Below are positions 24,301-64,000 of a DNA stretch of 64,000 nucleotides, one piece after another; within the stretch, counting starts at the first letter, position 1, and each line of letters begins with the position of its first letter. Origin of the DNA: Vicugna vicugna (Eukaryota); contig MU062951.1 of NCBI GenBank assembly GCA_013265495.1, positions 806,001 through 870,000 on the forward strand, in the 5' to 3' direction. A program made the translations under genes and the position numbers. The notes under the pieces were generated by a model, which was not told the origin of the DNA, ran no database searches, and worked only from the letters and a program-made list of their open reading frames with translations.

Positions 24301-26797
24301 GCTGCAAGGCAGGGGCTGGTGTCCTCCATCAGCAGCACAGACTTCACCTATGAATTGGAGGTGACAGTGCCTGCTCCCCACTATTTTTGTGAGGGTTATC
24401 GGAAGTAGAACATGGGGAGTTCTGGCCTAGGGCAGCCTTGAGTGTCCTGTCTGCAGAATCAGGCCTTGGCCTGGCCACTGACAGGTTGCCTATCCCTATG
24501 CACGTTCCTGCATGAAGGCTCCCATGGGGGTTGGACCCCTGGGGTCTGGGGACTTCAGCGGTTTCCTCTTCTCACTGTGGGGCCACAGCAGAGAGAATCC
24601 ACCTAGTTCAGCGTCCTCTCCACACCCCCAGGAGTTCATCCTCTCCTGCCTGGCCCGGGACCCTGCTCACCGGCCCTCTGCCCACAACCTCCTCTTCCAC
24701 CGTGTGCTCTTCGAGGTGCACTCGCTGAAGCTCCTAGCAGCTCACTGCTTCATCCAGCACCAGTGTGAGGGGCAGGCCAGCCTGGGGGTGGGCCCGAGGG
24801 CCTGGGGTCGGGATGCAAAGGGCCCCCCACCCCCGCCCCGCAGGACCTCGTGCCTCAGGGTCCGCTGCTCTGAGTGCTCCTGCGGCCTGCAGACCTCCTG
24901 CCTGAGAATGTGGTGGAGGAAAAGACCAAGGCAATGGACCTGCATGCAGTCCTGGCAGAGATCCCCCGGCCCCACCAGCCCCCACTGCAGTGGCGGTGAG
25001 TGGCCTGCAGTCCTGCCCCCTCCACCTGGTCCTGCCCCACTGGCAGGGCAGGCAGGCCACCCTCATGCACTTCTCACACCCATACCAGGTACTCAGAGGT
25101 CTCCTGCTTGGAGCTGGACAAGTTCCTGGAGGATGTCAGGTGAGGGCTGGAGTGAGGCTAGGGAGCAGGCAGCTGTTGGCCTGAGTCCCTAGCCACCCCC
25201 CCCCCACCAACCGTGTCCCCAGGAATGGGATCTACCCACTGATGAACTTTGCTGCTGCTCGGCCCCTGGGGCTGCCCCGTGTGCTGGCCCCACCCCCCGA
25301 GGAGGCCCCGAAGGCCAAGACCCCGACGCCAGAACCCTTTGACTCGGAGACCAGAAAGGTCAGCCTCTGCCCCTGCTACACAGGCCTGCCCACTGCCCAG
25401 AGGGGTGTTTTCCTCGGGGCTTCAAGTCCCCTGGGCCAGCTCTCCTCCAGGCTGCTGGAGACCAGGTCCTGGCTGACCCCTTTGTGGGTAGTACAAGCTG
25501 GGATTCCCCACTTCCCCAAGGCTCCCACAGACCCCTTCATCCCCGCCGCCTGCCCCCGGACATGCTGCCACTCTGATCCCACCTCCTTGGTTTGCTGACT
25601 CCCTGGCCGTTGTGCCCTGGTGTGTCCTCCAAGACCCCCAGGCATTGCGTTTGCCCCCACCACTCCTTCTGCAGGGCTCCCTCCCAGCCAGGGGCCTCGC
25701 CTGTCAGCCTGCGGCCTCTCTCCGGTTCCTTGTCCACACCCCCTGGGTTCCAGAGGCTCTGGCTTTGGCCTTGGGTGTGTCTCTGTGGTCACCGCCCTGA
25801 TCTGGGCCACCTCGGTTCCCGCCCTGGGCGCTGCACCAGCCCCCAGCCTGGCCTCCCACCTGGCTTTTCTCTGCAGTGCAGCCAGAATTTATATCCAGAC
25901 AGCCACAGCTGCCTACAGAGATTGTGGGGTCCTCAGCCTGACCCTGGCACGCTAAGCCCTGGTCCTGGTGGCCTACTTCTGCCCTGTCACATCCCTGCCT
26001 ACATCTCTCTGCCCCGCTTCCCACAGCTCTTTGTTCAGGTGTTCTCTCCACTTGCGAAAACTCTATTCATTTTTCAGTACCCGGCTTCAATGTCTACTCG
26101 TCTGGACGTTTTCCTTAACTCACCAGGCTACTAGCAGTGAGATGTGCTTTCTAGGCTCCCCTTAGAGGTTTCTTCCATTTCCAGTCTTTGCTACCCCTTC
26201 TGGGCCCCTTCGAGGCAGTATTTGCCCATGCTGCTTAGTTTCTGAGGTCCTGCCTTTGTGAGTGACCTTGGCCTCTCCCCCCCACCCCAGGTGATCCAGA
26301 TGCAGTGTAACTTGGAAAGAAGCGAGGACAAGGCCCGCTGGCATGTGAGCGTGGGGCACCAGGGAGGGGGAGGGGCGGGGCGGGCTCCTGGAGCCAACTG
26401 AGCCTCCTGCCTCCCCAGCTCACTCTGCTTCTGGTGCTGGAGGACCGGCTGCACCGGCAGCTCACTTATGACCTGCTCCCAAGTAGGCTGGACGGAACCT
26501 GGGCAGGGGCGGAGACAGGGCTGCTCAGGCAGGGCTGCAGCCTCACCCCTTGTCCCCACTCCCTTGCCCTCGCCCCTGCCACAGCCGACAGCGCCCAAGA
26601 CCTCGCCTCTGAGCTAGTGTACTACGGCTTCGTCCATGAGGTGTGCAGGCTGGGTGCAGCTAGCCTGGGAGGGTGCGCAGGGTGAGCCACGCCCCTCCGT
26701 CCCCCCATGCCTCCCTCTCACCCTGCAGGATGACCGGACGAAGCTGGCTGCCTTCCTGGACAGCACCTTCCTCAAGTACCGCGGAACTCAGCCATGA
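21063..26797 (+). CDS. NRBP2: Nuclear receptor-binding protein 2 (pseudokinase), 497 aa, 18 coding exons
   Basis: Exons: 21063-21179, 21672-21794, 21862-21963, 22052-22141, 22314-22354, 22457-22551, 23062-23085, 23158-23241, 23333-23388, 23502-23597, 24632-24764, 24893-24995, 25089-25139, 25223-25358, 26291-26344, 26419-26482, 26585-26640, 26729-26797. Total 1494 nt, in frame. Peptides DILEESPCGRWQKRREQ, VVWNELHF, IIHGNLTSDTIFIQHNGLIKIGS, SLKLLAAHCF and C-terminal FLKYRGTQP match the NRBP family. HRD and DFG are replaced, as expected for a pseudokinase. Confidence 0.95.
22584..22938. other. Assembly gap (N) in NRBP2 intron 6
   Basis: 355 Ns flanked by G-run sequence on both sides; no NRBP2 exon appears to be missing. 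Confidence 0.95.
23815..23895 (-). mobile_element. MIR SINE core fragment
   Basis: CCCATTTTATAGGTAAAAAAACTGAGG matches the reversed MIR core. Confidence 0.55.
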
Positions 26798-27843
26798 CTT
26801 TGATCATGCACCTCAGTCCCCTAGCCCCGGGAACCAGACCTCTCAGCCCACGGCCCATTTGGGGAAGCTCAGCATTGGCCCCTGGGTCAGGGTGGGGGAC
26901 CAGGGGCTGCCTTCTGCCTGTGTGCCTGGAAGCTGTGGACCAAACACCTCTAGTGAGCTTCCAAGGGGCCCAGGGGTGGGCTGAGGGTGGTGGGGTTGGG
27001 CCCATCAGGGGGCGAGGGAGCCGGGGGTGGGGGTAGGGAGAGTGGCTAGGCCCAGCAGGTCCTTAGGATGCAAGGAGCCAGCCTCCATGCAGCCAGCATC
27101 CCTCCCACCTCCTTCATTTCCGGGCCTCAGTTACATGCCAGACACTGGTCAGTGACCAAGCCCTTGGTGTGAGGGTACCTGGACCGCGGGGAGCCACGGC
27201 ACAGTGCTGGTGCTGGGGGTCAGCCCTGGACAGACGTATGCCTGGGGAGACAGTCCATCCCATGTTGGTACCACAGGCCCACACAAGGAACCACCACCTT
27301 CATCGAATGGTAAAGCACCTGCAGGTGTCAGGCACGCCGCTGGGCGTGGGGCAGGGCCATGACCTGGCAGGGTAAGCAAAGGGCAGAGACACTCGGAGAA
27401 GCCCAGGTTCCCAGCTCCAGGGGGCTTTGGCCCCCACCCCCCGACCCCCTGTCCAGGAGAGACCCCCTCTGGAGCCCCTCAGACTCTCCATTGCAGCTGC
27501 CTCTGCAGACACTGACACTCTCCTGTCTCCTGCAGCTCCTCCTGAGCGCTGTTTCTCTCCTCAGGCCTCAGCCCAGAGTGGGCAGGGTCAGGTGTCCTCC
27601 CCGCCTACCTCCTCTCCAGCCCGCCTCTCTCATCTCCTCCCAGGCAGCTGCATCCCTGGGTCCTAAGGATGTCAGTTCCTGGTTCCCAGTCTCTCCCCAT
27701 TGCCCTAGCCTCGGTTCTCTTGGACCAGCCTCCCTCCATTTTCAAACTTAATCATCCTCAAACATTTTAATCTGCATGGATAAATTCAGTGCATTCAGGT
27801 TTCTTTTTAAGCGCTTCAAATGTCAAACAAGAAAGGCTTACCG

Positions 27844-28440
27844 CTGTATTAGTTCTCTGTTGCTATAAGAATTTACTACAAACTCAGTAGCTGAAACCAA
27901 CACATTTCTATAGTTCTGTAGGTCAGAGGTCTGCCAGAGATCCCACCAGACTAAAACCAAGTTGTTAACAAGACTGAATGTCTTTGTGGAGGTCCTGGGG
28001 GAGAACCCATTGCCTGCTCCTTTGGGTTGTTGGCTGGCAGGTGTCAGGCATGGCTCTGGGCACTGGGCAGGAACTGATCTCCTTGCAGTGATGGGGCTGA
28101 GGTCCCCATTCCTTGCCTGCTGTAAACTGAAGGCCATTCTCAGCTTCTAGAGGCTGCTACATCCCTTGGCTCGTGGCCCCTTCCTCCATCATCAAAGCCA
28201 GCAACATCAGATTGAGTCTTTCTCATGAGCTATGTCTGCTTTTCTGCAGGCAAGAAAGCTTCAAGTGACTAAGTTAGGTACATCGGATAATCCAGGATAA
28301 GTTCCCCACCTCAAAGTCCTTAATCTTAATCATATCTGCAAAATTCCTTTTACTGTGTGAAGTAACATTCACAGGTTCTGGGATTAGGACATGGACATCT
28401 CTGCAGGGGTGGTGGGGTGGCCGTGACCCACCCACAACAT
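27844..28440 (-). mobile_element. MLT1-type (MaLR) LTR downstream of the NRBP2 stop
   Basis: Starts TGTATTAGTT.. (reverse of the LTR end); contains CAGCTTCTAGAGGCTGC..CCTTGGCTCGTGGCCCCTTCCTCCATC, GGATAATCCAGGATAA and CACAGGTTCTGGGATTAGGACATGGACATCT. Confidence 0.8.
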
Positions 28441-28824
28441 CGCCCTAGCCAAAACCCAGAACACCTTGCTAAGGCATTCAAATAATTCCATGTACAAATA
28501 AATACAGTGAATCTCAAGTTACCTTAAACATGCCAATACTCTTTACAAAATTATTCAAGTTCTCACACCTTTCAACTTAAAATTACAGTCTGAAATCACT
28601 TTCACATCCAGTTGGCAGTCCTGATGCTAAGCTGTCTGATTCTGCATCTTCTTAAATAGTGCGAGTGTCAAGTGCGTAACAGACTGCCGGCAATTAAACC
28701 GAAGTCAAAAGGATCAATGCTACCATTGCTTCATGTAATGTCTATGCTGAGGTTTTCATTTTAACGTTTATCTTTTCAAAGCTATATATATATTACTTTT
28801 AATGTGGAATTTTTTTAGACCAGT

Positions 28825-28834
28825 AATAAATAAA
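28825..28834 (+). terminator. NRBP2: Overlapping AATAAA signals, probable NRBP2 poly(A) site (a second candidate at 28497-28502)
   Basis: AATAAATAAA at 28825-28834; another AATAAA preceded by TGTA at 28497-28502. Which is used cannot be seen from sequence. Confidence 0.5.
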
Positions 28835-28899
28835 TAATACATGCAGTCTCCAACCCTGATCCTTTCCAAATTCAACTCTTAGCTGTTTCTTCAGGTGTT

Positions 28900-30400
28900 T
28901 AAAAAATGTATGGTTTTCATTGGGTTTTCTACATTAGGCATTCAGTGTCCTTGTGGTGTCCTCTGGGAGAAGGGGAGTCACTGGCCTCCCTCCTGACCAG
29001 CAACATCCCAGCGTGACAGATGTCTGTGCAGGGTCATGGGTACTATCACAGCTTCACTCCCAAGGTCCCGGCAGAGAACGCAGTGTCCTAGGATTGTATT
29101 TGATTTCTTGCACAACTTTTTGTTTTCCCTGCAGTTAATAATTGCCTTTTGGGGGAGTTTAGTTTTCTACACACGTCTCACTGAGTCCTCCCTGGATCCT
29201 CCTGCAGAAGTGTGGACCTCCTCTCAATACTCGGCGTTTGTTGCATAATTGACCACTTTCATCTTTTCCGGGAGCCCCCACCCCACCAACTCCCTGCCCC
29301 AGACTTGTTCTGGGGCCTGAGGCCCAGCTGTCGGCAGGGGCTGGTCCTTCACCAGCGTCTTTTCTCTCGCGTCTGGATCCCTGCTTTCCTCTTCCTTCAT
29401 TGGCTCTCTGCTGAAGGAGGAAAACCCTCCCAGTTCCCTGAGAGGACGCACAGGGGGTTGTGGCGTCTTTGCCCATTTGTCCTGATTCCACTCACAAGTC
29501 CGCTTGTGGGTGTAGCTCGGCACAAATGCGGGCTAGGCTGAAGAGGACTTCTTCCCAGGATTTTGAGGGTATCATGTCATTTCCGTCTAGTCCCAAGCAC
29601 TCCCATGCCTTTTGGAATTCTGACCCTTTGTGACTTCCCTCTCCCTCTCTCTTCCTCTCTCTCTCTCTCTTTCTCGATTTTCTCTTTACCCAAGTACCTT
29701 GGAAATTTTCAGTGTTGTTTTGATGTAGACCTTTTCTTTCATCTGTTGTCCAGAGATCCCAACCCTTCAGTTCTAGGAAATTTTCTCTGCCTTTTTGGTA
29801 TTTCTTTCCTCTCCTCATTTTCTGGAACTCTTAATTAGATGTTGGACTTATTTTTTGAGTGCTGGTTCAGGGCATAGGCTCTGCAGCCCCTCTGCTGCTT
29901 CACTCTTGCTGTGTGATACTGGGCTGTGCCTCCACTTCCTCACCCGAAAAATGGGGATAATAATGGTACCCACTCCATGGGGCTGCTGTGAGGTTGTGCG
30001 AGTTCATTTTGAACAGGAAGGGGAGCAGTGCACACAGCACAGGAGAGCTCTGAATGCTTCAAGGCCTGATCTCACAGGGGAACCTGCCACGAGGAAGAAG
30101 CAAAAGCACCCCCTCCCCCGTGGTGGTGGCAGGTCCCAGCCAGCCCCGCCTTGTGAAGACCGCTGAGATACCAGGCCAGTTCCAAGTACTGGGAGGACTG
30201 ACCAGTATGCTTATGGCTCCATTCGCTGCTTTCTGGCTGCATGGTTTTTGTTGTTGCCATTCATTCTGAAAGATTTTAACTTTATCTTTCAGCCCTTCTC
30301 TTTAACTGTTCATTTGCCTCTCATATTTTTCATTTGTAAGTGCTCTTTCTCATCTGCTGAATGCTCTTTCCTTATAGCCTCTTTTTAGTTTTATTTTATT
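28900..30400 (-). mobile_element. Decayed L1M-type LINE fragments (T-rich on +)
   Basis: T-rich sequence resembling antisense old L1 (e.g. TTTTCTGGAACTCTTAATTAGATGTTGGAC); no open frame; boundaries approximate. Confidence 0.45.
29866..30010 (+). mobile_element. MIR SINE
   Basis: CTTCCTCACCCGAAAAATGGGGATAATAATGGTACCCACTCCATGGGGCTGCTGTGAGG matches the MIR core. Confidence 0.75.
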
Positions 30401-30414
30401 ACTATATTTGTTAC

Positions 30415-30529
30415 TTTTTGGAGGGAAGTAATTAGGTATGTTTGTTTATAACGGAGGCACTGGGGATTGAACCCAGGACCTTGTGCATGCTAAGCACCAC
30501 GTGCTCCACCTTTGAGCTATCCCCTCCCC
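30415..30529 (-). mobile_element. Camelid-type tRNA-derived SINE (Vic-1-like)
   Basis: Reverse strand reads GGGGAGGGGATAGCTCAAAGG..CTTAGCATGCACAAGGTCCTGGGTTCAATCCCCAGTGCCTCC..CCTAATTACTTCCC plus an A-rich tail; A and B boxes present. Confidence 0.85.
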
Positions 30530-31524
30530 GCCATGGCCTCTTACTGTTTCTGGATGCAACATCCTCTCTAACATCTCTGAGGACATGGTTTTAGCTGTTC
30601 TCTTTTCCTTCTTCTGCTTGCTTTATTGGCTCTGTTCATTGAGTCCCCTCCCCTTTTCCTTTTTTGCTTTTGTCCTCTTCCTCACATGTCTGGTGATCCT
30701 GGGTTGCCCAGTTGCATTTAAGGGCGAAATGAGATGATCTTAGTGGTTGGGGCTTATTGCCTGGTGAGTGTGGAGGTCAGGGATCTAGCCAGGCCATTCT
30801 CCTGACTACCTCCCAGCTGCCAGGCTTTCCTTTTGAGTTGGAAGCTACTACAGAGAGGTGCACATCTCTTTGAGGACTGTGGGTGACACGTGCTGGGGGC
30901 CAGGAATGGACGTGGCAGACAGGGTGGGGATTCCACCTATTCCCCCACTTACGGAATAGGACCTTCCCTCAATGGCCAACCCTGAAAGCGCCTCTGCTGG
31001 AGCTCACCTCCCAGCCACTGCAGGTAGGGGTTGAGGTCTGGAGTCCCGTTTCACAACTGCACTTTCATGAACCACCCCTTGGACTTGGACACTGACCTCC
31101 AGTATGCCCAAGCAGCTCCCACCGTCCACTTCCTCCAGTTTCACAATAGTCCACCTGTTTGTCTTCAGGGGTTTCTGACTTTATAAAATCCTTTCCCTAT
31201 CATTTTAGAGGGAAGGGAGATGAGGAAAATATTGTCGTATTTCACTAGGGGGGTCTGTATTTCATGTTACACTCCCAGGGTTGAGAAGAGACCTGCCTAG
31301 CTGGGGGAGACACCTTGCTGCCTCGGGCAGACTAAAGTTGCTAAGCTGGCACTCTCAGGGCTGAGCTTCACTGAGTTAGGGTCTTCGGAATGGGTGTGGC
31401 ATGCAGCAAACGTCCGGGGTAGCTCCACGCCAAGGATGGACACCTGGAGCCTTCAAGCAGTTCGGGAACTAAGGAGATTCCCGCGCACGCCTTTCCCACG
31501 GGACTGGGTCACAAGCCTGTCTCT

Positions 31525-31697
31525 CACCACTGACTCTACGACGCCATCAGTTTTAAGATGCACTACTGTTTTATGAACCACTACGAAAGAGAAAATGCTG
31601 CCAATTAAGTGAGGACACCCCACCCATGGGTAGGCACATTCAGAGCTGTTATGATGCAAAGGAGATGCATCTCGAAATCTGAGTCTGAAATACAGTG
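31525..31697. mobile_element. Small Tc2/MER104-like DNA transposon (MITE) remnant
   Basis: CAGTTTTAAGATGCAC..GAAAATGCTGCCAATTAA..GATGCATCTCGAAATC..GAAATACAGT resembles Tc2-type MITEs; family call from memory. Confidence 0.35.
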
Positions 31698-32173
31698 ATT
31701 CTTTGTCACCTCTCTCAACTCACGCCCTGGAGGGGATCCGGCCGTCCTGTGCCCTGCCTCGGGTGCCTAGGAGGGCCATCACCTACGTCTTCCTGTGAAG
31801 GAGGCTGAGAAATGGAGCAGCAGCCAGAGGGCGGCGAGGGGGCGAAGCGAGAGCGTGATGGGGCCGGACAGAGGCGGGCGGAGGGTGGGGCGGCGGAGTG
31901 CGCCGGCCATCGCCCCCGCCCCCGACCGCTTCCCCGACAGCGTTCCGCGCCTCCGACCAGGCCCCGCCCCTTCCGGCCGCCCTTCTCCGAGCGTTAACAG
32001 TCTCTCCCGGCACCGGAAGCGCATTCCCTTTTCCTTCCACGTCTCTGGAGAAAGCACCTTTATCGCGAGAGTTCCATCCTTCCGAGGGCGTCTTCGCCGG
32101 CGCCCAGATCGCGCGAGACCGCGGTAGAAGCCGAAGCGTGTGGCGCGCGCGCGGCGGCCGCGACGGGCGCAAG

Positions 32174-44584
<12,411 letters not shown>

Positions 44585-44683
44585 CCTTGGCCCCATTCCT
44601 TGGACTTTTAATTTTTCCTTGTTTCCTCTGGGTTTTATAGAGTGATTCTTGGTGGTATCTTGGGCCCAGCCGCCCAGCCTGTG

Positions 44684-44689
44684 GATAAA
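44684..44689 (+). terminator. PUF60: Non-canonical poly(A) signal GATAAA of PUF60
   Basis: GATAAA 100 nt after the stop. I saw no AATAAA or ATTAAA between the PUF60 stop and the SCRIB start. The context GGATAAAGGTGC.GATGCTGCTGGCCCTG resembles the human PUF60 mRNA end as recalled. Confidence 0.6.
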
Positions 44690-45179
44690 GGTGCAGATGC
44701 TGCTGGCCCTGAGCGTTGCTGTCTGACAGTGGTCTTGTGCTTATTGGCTCCCGTGGGGGTTGGGTGGGCGTCAGGACAAGCCCGCGGCTGTGCAGAGGCA
44801 GTGGGCTTTGGAGGCCAAGAACTGAGTCGGGGGAGGAAGGCATTCACCAGTATCAGCAGGGGCTGCTTGGTTCCTTAGTACTGAGGGTAGCAGAGGACCC
44901 AGCCTGATGGGTAGGGGCGGCTTTCCTGGTAGGCGGGGTCTCCACTTTCATTTGCACAGGTAGTGCTGGGAGAAGGCTGGCCCAGAGCCCCTGAAGTCCC
45001 GGGATACATTGAGTCCACCAGACAAATGGAGTGTCGCCTCTCCCGGCGTCCTGCCCTCAGGGAGCCCACATCCCGGTGGGAGGGGCGGCGGGCTGGGGTC
45101 GGGAGGCCAGCCCTGGGGAGAGGCAGCAGGAGGCCTTGGCCCGGGCACCATTGAGGTGCTGGCATCCGGGAGCTCAGGC

Positions 45180-63631
<18,452 letters not shown>

Positions 63632-64000
63632 GTGAGTGCGCCCTGGAAGGGTGGAGGACTGCAGGGGGTGCCCGTATGCAGCACCTGCTCTGGGGAGGTG
63701 CAGCACCTCCCCCCAGCCACCACTCATCACTCTGGAGGGCACAGCTCGTGGGCACCTTCCTGGCCAGAGCTGGCTGGTGATGTGGGTGGGGAGACCCCTG
63801 GGCTAATGGGGCTGGGTGGTCAGGGCTGCCTCACCCCGTCCACCCTCTTGTCCTTGAGTCCCCGGGGGCCAGCTTGGCCCTGCCCCCACGCCCCAGCTGC
63901 CTGCGGAAGCTTCCTGATTCTGCTGCATGGGGAGGGCCAGGCCATGGGCACCCCGCCTTCACCACACAGTGGGCATTGGCTGTGCCAGCTTGGAGCCCAG

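Noticed and set aside
30415-30529. tRNA gene (also 34155-34283)
   Set aside because: tRNA-like head is followed by a SINE body and A-rich tail with several substitutions; these are SINE copies, not tRNA genes.

Overview
Mammalian, very GC-rich genomic window with four tandem protein-coding genes, all on the + strand: EPPK1 (epiplakin; single giant coding exon, 5872-18657), NRBP2 (18 coding exons, 21063-26797), PUF60 (11 visible coding exons, 32174-44584) and the first 28 exons of SCRIB (45736-63631, continuing past the window end). This order matches the human 8q24.3 block. Two tRNA-derived SINEs of the camelid (Vic-1-like) type suggest a camelid genome. All exon boundaries were read by hand (GT..AG), and the summed exon lengths stay in frame. 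There are no CRISPR arrays, rRNA or true tRNA genes. I found no evidence of a wholly new gene system. The best leads are regulatory: (1) an upstream AUG in SCRIB at the position of the human oSCRIB start but reading in a different overlapping frame; (2) a 45-nt, in-frame, stop-free intron splitting the RNP1 motif of PUF60 RRM2; (3) loss of the SCRIB KLDY PP1-type motif, while a KGVSF motif depends on a cassette exon; (4) phase-compatible read-through junctions across a weak PUF60 poly(A) signal; (5) an EPPK1 1569-bp tandem array whose identical copies and periodic N gaps mean copy number is unresolved. Comparisons with human or mouse sequences are from memory, were not computed, and need checking.
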